Source: an uncultured bacterium
GTDB lineage: Bacteria; Actinomycetota; Actinomycetes; S36-B12
NCBI GenBank assembly: GCA_903908025.1
Contig: CAIVQM010000525.1
Span: 1 to 39,779, forward strand
Length of the DNA stretch: 39,779 nucleotides
Reading direction: 5' to 3'
Shown: in pieces, positions 1 to 10,526 of the stretch
Position numbering within the stretch: the first letter of the stretch is position 1
Layout of the letters: each line of letters opens with the position of its first letter
Program-made: the position numbers and the translations under genes
Notes under the pieces: generated by a model
What the model was told of the DNA's origin: nothing
What the model saw: only the letters and a program-made list of their open reading frames with translations
Databases searched by the model: none

Positions 1-320
1 CCGATGAGGATCGTTGACGGTGCGAGGACGTTGCCGGTCTTCTGGTCGACAACGCAATGGGCAGCCGTCACCACCGTCGTCGGCGTCGTCAGCGTGCCTC
101 CGCAGAACTGCGCCTGGAAGGCTCCCTCCTCCTCGACGCGAGCGGCCGTCAGGAGTGCCACGAGGTACGGGAACTCCGCGCCGTTGCCGGGGTCGCCGTT
201 GACGATGCGGGGGCTGGCGGTTGGAGCCGCCGTGGCGGTCTGGCCGGTCGTGAGGGTCGCCAGCACACTCGCGATGACGGCCATCGCGATGGCACGCGCG
301 ATCATCCGGCGGGCTCTCAC
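1..320 (-). CDS. Trypsin-like (S1 family) secreted serine protease, N-terminal part; the gene runs off the left edge
   Basis: From my own reverse-strand translation; it is absent from the ORF track because it has no stop inside the window. Sequence: (V)RARRMIARAIAMAVIASVLATLTTGQTATAAPTASPRIVNGDPGNGAEFPYLVALL...FCGGTLTTPTTVVTAAHCVVDQ. It has a signal-peptide-like N-terminus, an IVNG mature start and the TAAHC catalytic-His motif. The start is GTG 320 or ATG 305. Confidence 0.75.
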   Translation of the reverse strand, partial: MRARRMIARAIAMAVIASVLATLTTGQTATAAPTASPRIVNGDPGNGAEFPYLVALLTAARVEEEGAFQAQFCGGTLTTPTTVVTAAHCVVDQKTGNVLAPSTILI

Positions 321-401
321 AAGGCCACGCTACGTTGGTGGGGATGGATCCGGCCAGATTGGGGTGGCCCGAGTCCGAACGGCGACGGAAGCGAGTGCAT
401 C

Positions 402-1184
402 ATGCCCACGGCCCTCATCACCGGACCGACGTCGGGTATCGGCCGCGGTTTCGCCGAGGAATTCGCTCGCCGGGGCTTCAACCTCGTCCTGGTGGCCCGC
501 GATGAGGTGCGTCTGTCGGCGTTGGCCGTCGAGCTGGAATCCGCCTACGGCATTGCCTGCGAGGTACTGCCCGCTGATCTCACGGACCGCGCGGATGTGG
601 ATCGGGTTGCCGAACGGCTTGCCGACGCCAGTCGCCCTGTTGGGGCGTTGGTCAACAACGCCGGATTCGGCCTCAACCGCTCCTTCCTGTCCGGCTCGGT
701 CGATGACGAGCAGCGGATGGTCGATGTCCTCATCACTGCGGTCATGCGCCTGACGCGGGCAGCCATCCCGGGGATGGTGGAGCGCCGCACGGGCATGGTG
801 ATCAACATCAGCAGCGTCGCCTCTTGGATCACCGGTGGCACGTACTCGGCCGCCAAGGCCTGGGTCACCGTCTTCAGCGAGAGCCTCGCGCAGGAGCTCG
901 ACGGCACGGGTGTGCGGGTCACGGCGGTATGTCCGGGCTTCGTACACACCGAGTTCCACGAGCGGGCTGGCATCGACATGACGTCGATGCCGGAGTGGAT
1001 GTGGCTCGATGTTCCGCAGGTCGTGAGTCAGGCGATGCGCGATGTCGCTCGTAGCAGGCCTGTCAGCGTGGCTGGGCCGCAGTACAAGGTCTTCTCGGCC
1101 TTCCTCCGCCATGGTCCGCGGTCGCTGGCCCGGATTGCCACGGCTTCACGCCAGCGCAATGCGCGATTCGGGGCTCGCGACTAG
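402..1184 (+). CDS. Short-chain dehydrogenase/reductase (SDR) family oxidoreductase
   Basis: Motifs TGPTSGIGRG (TGxxxGxG), NNAG and YSAAK (YxxxK). ATG 402 gives the usual about 260 aa; the upstream part of ORF 57..1184 is Arg/Gly-rich junk. Confidence 0.85.
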   Translation: MPTALITGPTSGIGRGFAEEFARRGFNLVLVARDEVRLSALAVELESAYGIACEVLPADLTDRADVDRVAERLADASRPVGALVNNAGFGLNRSFLSGSVDDEQRMVDVLITAVMRLTRAAIPGMVERRTGMVINISSVASWITGGTYSAAKAWVTVFSESLAQELDGTGVRVTAVCPGFVHTEFHERAGIDMTSMPEWMWLDVPQVVSQAMRDVARSRPVSVAGPQYKVFSAFLRHGPRSLARIATASRQRNARFGARD

Positions 1185-1552
1185 TCAGCGGGCAGCCAGC
1201 CGGGAAGTTCGTCCATGGTGATGACTGTCCACCCGCGTAGTCGACCCTGGATTGCTGCCTCACACGACATGTCGTCGCATGCGACCGTGACGGGGGCGTC
1301 CGGCCAGGTATCGGTGACCGGCGGCAGGACCGGATCGACAAGCAGGTACTCGGCGGTGCGCCGATGGGCACTTCGCTGAGCCAGGGCAATGGCCGGCAGC
1401 AGCAGGGCCAGGTCGCCGTGGGTCACGATTGCGAGCGGCGGCTCGGGGTTGATGAGGTTGATGGCTGCACACAGACGCGCCGACAGAGCCGACTCGGGCC
1501 CGTCCACAGGGGTGACGTCAGCCAGCACCAGGACCGTCGTCACGCCCGACAC
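1181..1552 (-). CDS. Hypothetical protein (123 aa), no confident family
   Basis: This ORF fills the gap between the SDR and pyrE and has plausible composition. GTG start at 1552. It overlaps the SDR stop by 4 nt (convergent). Confidence 0.45.
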   Translation of the reverse strand: MSGVTTVLVLADVTPVDGPESALSARLCAAINLINPEPPLAIVTHGDLALLLPAIALAQRSAHRRTAEYLLVDPVLPPVTDTWPDAPVTVACDDMSCEAAIQGRLRGWTVITMDELPGWLPAD

Positions 1553-1554
1553 CC

Positions 1555-1560
1555 TAGGCT
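1555..1560 (+). promoter_or_regulatory. Candidate -10 box TAGGCT for a leaderless pyrE transcript
   Basis: TAnnnT-type hexamer, with the pyrE ATG (1567) starting 7 nt after its last base. There is no room for a Shine-Dalgarno in the 14-nt gap. Confidence 0.35.
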
Positions 1561-1566
1561 GCTGCC

Positions 1567-2109
1567 ATGCCGAGTGAAGCCTGGAGCCAGCTGCGTGAGC
1601 AGATCATCGAGAAGGCCGTTGTTCGCGGGAAGGTCATCCTGTCCAGCGGCCGTGAGGCCGACTACTACGTCGACCTGCGACGTGTCACCCTCGATGCGGT
1701 GGCGGCGCCGTTGGTGGGCCAGGTCATGCGCGAGCTGACTGCTGACTGGACGTATTCGGCGGTCGGCGGCCTGACGTTGGGAGCGGACCCGGTTTCGACC
1801 GCGATGCTGCATGACGCTGCGCGCTCGGGTGAGCTCCTCGACGCATTCGTTGTCCGCAAGAGCGAGAAGCAGCACGGCCTGCAGCGACGCATCGAAGGTC
1901 CTAATGTGGCCGGACGCACGGTGCTGGCTGTTGAGGACACCTCGACCACTGGTGGGTCCGTCCTGACAGCCGTTGACGCTCTGCTCGAGGACGGCGCGAC
2001 CATCTGTGGCGTTGCTGTCATCGTCGATCGCGGTGCCGGCCCGGCCATCGTCGAGCGTGGCATGGAGTACCGGGCCGCCTACTCGCTGTCAGACCTCGGG
2101 CTGGCTTAG
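1567..2109 (+). CDS. pyrE: Orotate phosphoribosyltransferase
   Basis: 180 aa. The PRPP-binding loop VLAVEDTSTTGGS and overall PyrE-like sequence (GKVILSSGREADYYVDLR). Confidence 0.9.
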   Translation: MPSEAWSQLREQIIEKAVVRGKVILSSGREADYYVDLRRVTLDAVAAPLVGQVMRELTADWTYSAVGGLTLGADPVSTAMLHDAARSGELLDAFVVRKSEKQHGLQRRIEGPNVAGRTVLAVEDTSTTGGSVLTAVDALLEDGATICGVAVIVDRGAGPAIVERGMEYRAAYSLSDLGLA

Positions 2110-2556
2110 CAGGATCGAGGCGCGGTGCTCCTCGTCATGTGAGAGCACCTGCAGCATCAAGCCCTCGATGTCCAGCGGGCCGAATGCCTCATGTTCGGCG
2201 CGAGCGTCCCAGTCCTCATCGGTGAGCTCCCGCAGGCGGTGCAGGATCGTTGTACGGCTGGCGAGCAGTTGGGCGCCAGCATCGTCGGCCGTGGCGAGCG
2301 CGTACCGTTCCAGCGTCTGCTGCGCCTCGGGCTCCCACCATGCGAACGTGGGCGTCACCCCTGCTTGCCGGCCAATCACCATCTGATCGATCCGGGGGAG
2401 CCACACCTCGGTGTCCACCTGACTCAGGTGGCCGACGATGGTGGCGGGGGACCATTGATTGCTGTGTGCTCTCGGTGTTGCCGACTGGGCCGCAGTGATC
2501 ACCCGGTCGGCGGACATGAGCAGTTCGACCATGAGGACGGATCGCTGGATCGCCAT
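2089..2556 (-). CDS. DinB-family (DinB_2 / mycothiol maleylpyruvate isomerase N-terminal-like) protein
   Basis: 155 aa with spaced His residues (IVGHLSQVD ... LSHDEEH) typical of the DinB four-helix bundle. It lies 4 nt downstream of dedA on the same strand. Confidence 0.65.
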   Translation of the reverse strand: MAIQRSVLMVELLMSADRVITAAQSATPRAHSNQWSPATIVGHLSQVDTEVWLPRIDQMVIGRQAGVTPTFAWWEPEAQQTLERYALATADDAGAQLLASRTTILHRLRELTDEDWDARAEHEAFGPLDIEGLMLQVLSHDEEHRASILLSQPEV

Positions 2557-2560
2557 CTCG

Positions 2561-3205
2561 TCAGGCGGTGGTGCGATCGCGCCGGTGGCGAATGAACTCG
2601 ATGACGATCGGCAGCACGCTCAGGACGACGATGCCGATGAGGATCAGTTCGATGTTCTTCTTCACGAACTCGATGTTGCCGAGCCAGTAGCCCGCGAGGG
2701 TGACACCGATGGCCCAGAGGAAGCCACCGATCGCGCTGAAAGTCAGGTAGCGCCCGAAGGGCATCTTGCCGACACCTGCCGTGGCCGTGATGAACGTCCG
2801 CACGATCGGCACGAAGCGAGCCAGGATGATCGCGCGGGCGCCGTACTTCTCGAAGAACTGGTGGGTCTTGTCGACGTACTCCTGCCGGAACAGCCGCGAG
2901 TTGGGTCGGTTGAACAGTGATGGCCCGGCCTTGTAGCCGATCCAGTACCCCGTGATGTTGCCGATGAGGGCAGCAATGAACAGGATCAGGCACGCAGCCG
3001 CGATGTTCATGCCGATGGTGCCGCTGGCGATCAGCAGGCCGGTGATGAACAGGAGCGAGTCGCCGGGCAGGAAGAAGCCGATGAGCAGGCCGCACTCGGC
3101 GAAGATGATGCCCACAACAACCCAGAAGCCGATATCCCCCATGTTCTCGAGGGTTCCCTGGATATCGGGACCGAGGGCGAGTACGGCCGTGGCTATCGAG
3201 TGCAT
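2561..3205 (-). CDS. DedA family membrane protein
   Basis: FAECGLLIGFFLPGDSLLFITG and ARFVPIVRTF motifs plus multiple TM segments. ATG 3205 is chosen; the rest of ORF 2561..3565 is antisense to the methyltransferase gene. Confidence 0.85.
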   Translation of the reverse strand: MHSIATAVLALGPDIQGTLENMGDIGFWVVVGIIFAECGLLIGFFLPGDSLLFITGLLIASGTIGMNIAAACLILFIAALIGNITGYWIGYKAGPSLFNRPNSRLFRQEYVDKTHQFFEKYGARAIILARFVPIVRTFITATAGVGKMPFGRYLTFSAIGGFLWAIGVTLAGYWLGNIEFVKKNIELILIGIVVLSVLPIVIEFIRHRRDRTTA

Positions 3206-3223
3206 GGCGGTGAGGCTATCGTC

Positions 3224-3853
3224 ATGTCGGTGGACCCCGAAGACGTACTGGTGGGCGTGGGCCCATGGGTCGGGGACTGGCCACAGGATGACCGGCTCGA
3301 TCCGGAACTGCTGGAGCAGGGCGACCGCCGCAACGTGGTCGACCGCTACCGCTACTGGCGGCTCGATGCGATCGTCGCCGATCTGGACGAGCGACGTCAT
3401 CCCTTCCATGTGGCCATCGAGAACTTCGACCACGACTTCAACATCGGATCCGTGGTCCGGACTGCGAATGCCTTTCTCGCCGAAGAGGTGCACATCGTGG
3501 GACGCCGTCGCTGGAACAAGCGGGGGGCGATGGTGACCGATCGCTACCAGCATGTCCACCACCACGAGGACGCGGCGCGCCTTGCTGCTTGGGCTGAGGT
3601 GCGCGATCTTCCCCTCATCGGCATCGACAACCTGCCTGGGGCTGTTCCGCTGGAGACGGCTGATCTGCCGGAAGCCTGCATCCTGGTGTTCGGGCAGGAG
3701 GGTGACGGGCTGACGCCGATGGCGCGCGAGTCCTGCAGCGCGGTGCTGTCCATCGCGCAGTTCGGCTCAACGCGTTCGATCAATGTGGGTGCTGCTGCGG
3801 CAATCGCGATGCATGCCTGGGTTCGTCGGCACGTCTACGGCCAGGTGACGTGA
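3224..3853 (+). CDS. SpoU/TrmH-family RNA 2'-O-methyltransferase
   Basis: SPOUT motifs ILVFGQEGDGL and STRSINVGAAAAIAMH. ATG 3224 is preferred; the alternative is GTG 3200. Confidence 0.8.
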   Translation: MSVDPEDVLVGVGPWVGDWPQDDRLDPELLEQGDRRNVVDRYRYWRLDAIVADLDERRHPFHVAIENFDHDFNIGSVVRTANAFLAEEVHIVGRRRWNKRGAMVTDRYQHVHHHEDAARLAAWAEVRDLPLIGIDNLPGAVPLETADLPEACILVFGQEGDGLTPMARESCSAVLSIAQFGSTRSINVGAAAAIAMHAWVRRHVYGQVT

Positions 3854-5076
3854 TGTCTTCGGGCCGCGCCCTCGCCGGCAATTCGCATTACCGTCGACTG
3901 TTCGCAGCGCGAACGATCAGCAATGTCGGCAACGGGATCTTCCCGATCGCGCTGTCCTTCGGGATCCTCGCGCTGCCGGGCACGACTCCGAACTCGCTCA
4001 GCCTTGTCCTTGCTGCGCAGGCCATCCCGATCGTCCTGCTGCTGCCGTTCGGCGGTGTGATCGCAGACCGCGTGGGCAGCGCCAAGATCATCGCCATCAC
4101 CGATGTGCTGATGAGCCTCGTCGTAGGTTTGATCGCCGTCCTGTTCATCACCGGAACGGTGACGATCCCGATCCTCGTGGTCCTCGCGCCCATCACGGGG
4201 GCGCTCGTGGCGCTCTGGTACCCGGCGTTCCCCGGGCTCATCCCCGACGTGGTGGAGTCGGACGAGCATCTGCAGTCCGCCAACGCCTACGTGAGCGTTG
4301 CTTCGAACGGCGGGCTCATCGTGGGCAGCGCGATCGGCGGCCTGCTCGTCGCCTCGTTCGGGGCGGGAGTGGCGATTGCCGTTGACGCGGCCTCGTTCCT
4401 TGTCGCCGGGATCCTGGTGTTCTCGTTCCGGCAGGTGTCGAAGCCACACCACTCGGGCGAGTCGATGCTCGGTGACCTCGCGCATGGCTGGCGACTGGTG
4501 ATCACGATCCGCTGGTTCGTCGTCGTGACCCTTGCCTTCAGCGTCATTGTCATGGCGCTGCGAGCGGCCGAGGAGGTCATGGGACCTGTCCTGGCACTGC
4601 AGGAATACGGGGGTGCTTCGGGCTGGGCCTTCGTGCTCGTTTGCATGTCCGTCGGGCTGCTGCTCGGGGCATTCGTGGGCTCTAAGGTCACCTTCAGCCG
4701 GCCGATGTTCTACGGAATGCTCATCACCCTGGCGCTGCCTCTGTGGCTCGTGTCGCTGGCCTACGCATTGCCTCTCCCTGTCGTAGCGTTCACGGCCTTC
4801 CTCTGGGGACTCGCGATCGAACTGTTCCAGGTGATGTGGTTCACGACGCTCCAGACGAATGTCCCGCGTGAGTCCATTGCCCGGGTGAGCTCATACGACG
4901 CCATGGGCTCCCTGATGTTCGGCCCGATCGGCCTCGCGCTGGCCGGCCCACTGGTCGTGGCGGTGGGACTTCAGACCGCGTTCCTGGTCACGGCCGGAAT
5001 CACGCTGGTGGCCATCGTGGGTTCGCTCTTCTTCCCGTCGCTCCGCAACCTGCGGGCGCCACAGCCTCAGGAGTAG
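3850..5076 (+). CDS. MFS transporter
   Basis: 408 aa with about 12 hydrophobic segments and an MFS-like N-terminus (YRRLFAARTISNVGNG). GTGATG start overlaps the upstream TGA stop. Confidence 0.8.
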   Translation: MMSSGRALAGNSHYRRLFAARTISNVGNGIFPIALSFGILALPGTTPNSLSLVLAAQAIPIVLLLPFGGVIADRVGSAKIIAITDVLMSLVVGLIAVLFITGTVTIPILVVLAPITGALVALWYPAFPGLIPDVVESDEHLQSANAYVSVASNGGLIVGSAIGGLLVASFGAGVAIAVDAASFLVAGILVFSFRQVSKPHHSGESMLGDLAHGWRLVITIRWFVVVTLAFSVIVMALRAAEEVMGPVLALQEYGGASGWAFVLVCMSVGLLLGAFVGSKVTFSRPMFYGMLITLALPLWLVSLAYALPLPVVAFTAFLWGLAIELFQVMWFTTLQTNVPRESIARVSSYDAMGSLMFGPIGLALAGPLVVAVGLQTAFLVTAGITLVAIVGSLFFPSLRNLRAPQPQE

Positions 5077-5162
5077 TCGGGGGACCTCCGGCGATGACAC
5101 GCGGCCCCACTTCTGAAAGAATGGCAACGCTTACATCCGCCCGCTAGCCGCAGGAGTCCCCG

Positions 5163-6185
<1,023 letters not shown>

Positions 6186-6204
6186 GCCTCAGAACATGTG
6201 AGGC
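6186..6204 (+). terminator. Short hairpin immediately after the fba stop (gcctca-N7-tgaggc), no U-tract
   Basis: 6-bp stem read directly from the sequence. Confidence 0.3.
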
Positions 6205-6214
6205 ACAGGAATCT

Positions 6215-6267
6215 GGGAGAAACGGTCAGGAACGGCGGATTGCGCCGGTTTCCTGGCCGTTTCTCCC
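6215..6267. repeat. 53-nt near-perfect hairpin / inverted repeat
   Basis: Outer arms GGGAGAAACGG (6215-6225) and CCGTTTCTCCC (6257-6267) match 11/11. Inner pairs are caggaa/ttcctg and cggcg/cgccg, giving about 22 bp in total. Confidence 0.7.
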
Positions 6268-6347
6268 GTATTGCGGGACAAACGGGCAGGGATGGGGCGG
6301 GAGGGGCTGGATTCGCGCATTTCTCCCGGTGTTGACAGGCTGAGGCC

Positions 6348-6752
6348 ATGACCATCGGTGAGAACCTCTTCCCCGGCCCGCCCGCCACTCTGCTGCCGGT
6401 AGACCCGGCCGCCGCTGAGCTCGCTGCGGGGGTGGATCCCGGCCTCGTCGTTCGGACGTACCCGACGAGCTCACTCGTCTGGGCTGACCTCGCTGACCAG
6501 GCCTGGGACGAGAGCGCCATCGTCGAGTCCTACGCCTTCGCTCGGGTCGGGTACCACCGCGGGCTCGACGCGCTGCGCCGCAACGGCTGGAAGGGCCACG
6601 GTCCGGTGCCGTGGAGCCACGAGCCGAATCAGGGCTTCCTGCGCTGCCTGCGCTCCCTTGCCCGGGCCGCTGGCGCCATCGGCGAGGCAGAAGAAGTCGA
6701 TCGCATCGGTGTCTTCATCGACGACTGCGACCCGTCCGTCCCGCGCGACTAG
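6348..6752 (+). CDS. DUF3151 domain-containing protein
   Basis: 134 aa. Sequence (YAFARVGYHRGLDALRRNGWKG...PNQGFLR) and position next to fba match the conserved actinobacterial DUF3151 family as I recall it. Confidence 0.75.
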   Translation: MTIGENLFPGPPATLLPVDPAAAELAAGVDPGLVVRTYPTSSLVWADLADQAWDESAIVESYAFARVGYHRGLDALRRNGWKGHGPVPWSHEPNQGFLRCLRSLARAAGAIGEAEEVDRIGVFIDDCDPSVPRD

Positions 6753-7724
6753 TGCCGCGCGCGATTGTCGTCGGCGCTGGAATCAGCGGAGTCGCCTGCG
6801 CCTCGGCACTGGCCACCGCGGGCGTCAACGTCACACTCCGTGAGCGAGGCCATGCCATCGGAGGCCGGATGGCTTCGCGGACGATGCGCGATACTGGCGC
6901 CGCGAGTGACGGCCGCGTGGTCGACATCGGTGCCTCGTACTTCACGTTGTCCGATCCTGACTTCACGGTTGCCATCGATGGCTTGATGGCGCAGGGAATC
7001 GTCCGCCCATGGACTGATGCCTTCCACGTCGCCGGCCCGCACGGGCTTGAGGGCGTGCGCTCGGGGCCGATGCGATACGCGGCGGACGGCGGCCTGCGAA
7101 GTGTCGTGTCCTCGCTGCTCCACCCTGCGGTGAAGGTGGTCTTCGAATCCGAGGCAGGTGAGGTAACGGGCGACGCGAGCGGAGCCACTGTCGACGGCGA
7201 GCGAGCGGATGCCGTGGCCGTCTGTATGCCGCAGCCGCAGGCGGCACGACTGCTGGCGGGTGCGCCCGCGGCTGCAATGTGGGAGCCGGTGATCGCGGTC
7301 ACCTGTGCCTTCGAGGAGCGCACGTGGCCCGTACTCGATGGCGTCTTCGTCAATGACGACGCCGTCATCACGTGGATCGCTGACGACGGCATGCGTCGTG
7401 GTGACGAGGCACCGGTGCTGGTTGCGCACGTCCACCCTGTGCTGTCTGCCCGTCATCTGGACGATGCAGCGGCCGTGATCCCGGCCGCGATCGGGGCCGT
7501 GCAGCGCGTGCTCGGGATCCGTGACTACCCAACCTGGGTCGATGCCCACCGCTGGACTTACGCCAAGCCGCTGGCGGGAAGCGATGAGCCGTTCCTGCTG
7601 CACGGGGGCGGCTTCGTCGGCCTGGCCGGCGACGCATGGTCGGGCGGTCCGCGGGTCGAGGCGGCCTGGCTGTCGGGGCATCGGCTCGGCCAGGCGCTGG
7701 CCACTCGGCTCGCCATGTCCGATT

Positions 7725-7726
<2 letters not shown>
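6752..7726 (+). CDS. NAD(P)/FAD-dependent oxidoreductase (renalase-like / amine-oxidase fold)
   Basis: N-terminal dinucleotide fold VVGAGISGVACA...ERG..IGGR. GTG 6752 overlaps the DUF3151 TAG by 1 nt; the upstream part of ORF 6611..7726 overlaps DUF3151. Confidence 0.8.
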
Positions 7727-9675
<1,949 letters not shown>

Positions 9676-9724
9676 GCATCATGATGCACCACAAGTTGAT
9701 GCGTTGATGCCCACAGGCTAGGGT
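9676..9724 (+). promoter_or_regulatory. Candidate vapBC-1 promoter/operator
   Basis: 12-nt perfect palindrome GCATCATGATGC (9676-9687) and tandem GTTGATGC x2 (9695-9710). TTGATG (9696-9701), 17 nt, then TAGGGT (9719-9724), with the ATG 7 nt downstream, which points to a leaderless mRNA. Confidence 0.45.
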
Positions 9725-9730
9725 GGGCGG

Positions 9731-10018
9731 ATGCGAACGACCCTGACTCTTGACGATGATCTGGCCATGGCCCTGCAGGAGATCGCTCGAGCAACGGGGC
9801 GCCCCTTCAAGTCCGTAGTGAACGCCTGCCTGCGCAAGGGCCTGTCCGCTACCCCCGAAGCGCGAACGCCCATCGTTGTGCGCACCTTTAACTCCGGTCT
9901 TCGTGAGGGCATCGACCTCACGAAGGCCCTCGACCTCGTCGCGGACATGGATGATGAGCACTTCCGCGATGTGACGGGCAAACTCCGCGGGGAAGCGGCG
10001 GTCGATGATCGTCCCTGA
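9731..10018 (+). CDS. vapB: Type II antitoxin, VapB family
   Basis: MRTTLTLDDDL N-terminus typical of VapB-type antitoxins. It overlaps the downstream PIN gene by 14 nt. Confidence 0.8.
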   Translation: MRTTLTLDDDLAMALQEIARATGRPFKSVVNACLRKGLSATPEARTPIVVRTFNSGLREGIDLTKALDLVADMDDEHFRDVTGKLRGEAAVDDRP

Positions 10019-10436
10019 CGCGAACCTGCTCATCTATGCGGCTGATAGCCAATCCGCGTTTCATCGGCGGGCGCACACGTGGTGGACCGATGCCCTGAAT
10101 AGTGACGAAGCCGTGGGCCTGAGCTGGCTAGTGCTGCTGGCGTTCATTCGCGTCATGTCGTCCCCCCGGCTCATGACGTACCCGGCACGTGTCGACGACC
10201 TCCTGGAGGAGGTCGAGTCCTGGCTCGGCTCCTCGGTGGTGCAGGTCCTGCAACCGTCCGTCCGTCATCCGCAGGCCCTCCGATCGCTACTCGTCCCGAC
10301 GGGGGTCGGCGGCAATCTCGTCAACGATGCGCATCTGGCTGCCCTGGCCCTTGAGTTCGGTGGCACGGTCTACTCGGCCGACACAGACTTCGCCCGATTC
10401 CCGAATGTGAAGTGGGTCAACCCACTCGCTGAGTAA
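10005..10436 (+). CDS. vapC: Type II toxin, PIN-domain ribonuclease VapC
   Basis: PIN signature: N-terminal D (IVPDANLLIY), central acidic residues and C-terminal NDAHLAALA...SADTDF. Confidence 0.85.
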   Translation: MIVPDANLLIYAADSQSAFHRRAHTWWTDALNSDEAVGLSWLVLLAFIRVMSSPRLMTYPARVDDLLEEVESWLGSSVVQVLQPSVRHPQALRSLLVPTGVGGNLVNDAHLAALALEFGGTVYSADTDFARFPNVKWVNPLAE

Positions 10437-10526
10437 CCCCCATTTGTCGTGAACATTCGCGGCCCCTTACCCTGCCGAACAGGAGCACCAACGGTGCTCG
10501 CAACGGCCGATCCCGAGGAGCTCGCC

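Noticed and set aside
57-401. N-terminal extensions suggested by the ORF track: SDR from 57, DedA to 3565, oxidoreductase from 6611, purB from 15913, galE from 18251, SCP-like from 23083, dehydrogenase to 32105, aminotransferase from 10449, and ABC ATPase from 23730
   Set aside because: The extended parts overlap neighbouring genes or are junk-like. Internal starts give family-typical lengths, and many coincide with stop-start overlaps or Shine-Dalgarno sequences.
6332-6337. Perfect TTGACA -35 hexamer before DUF3151
   Set aside because: It lies only 10 nt before the ATG at 6348, so a matching -10 would fall inside the coding sequence. This is probably a coincidence unless the gene start is mis-called.
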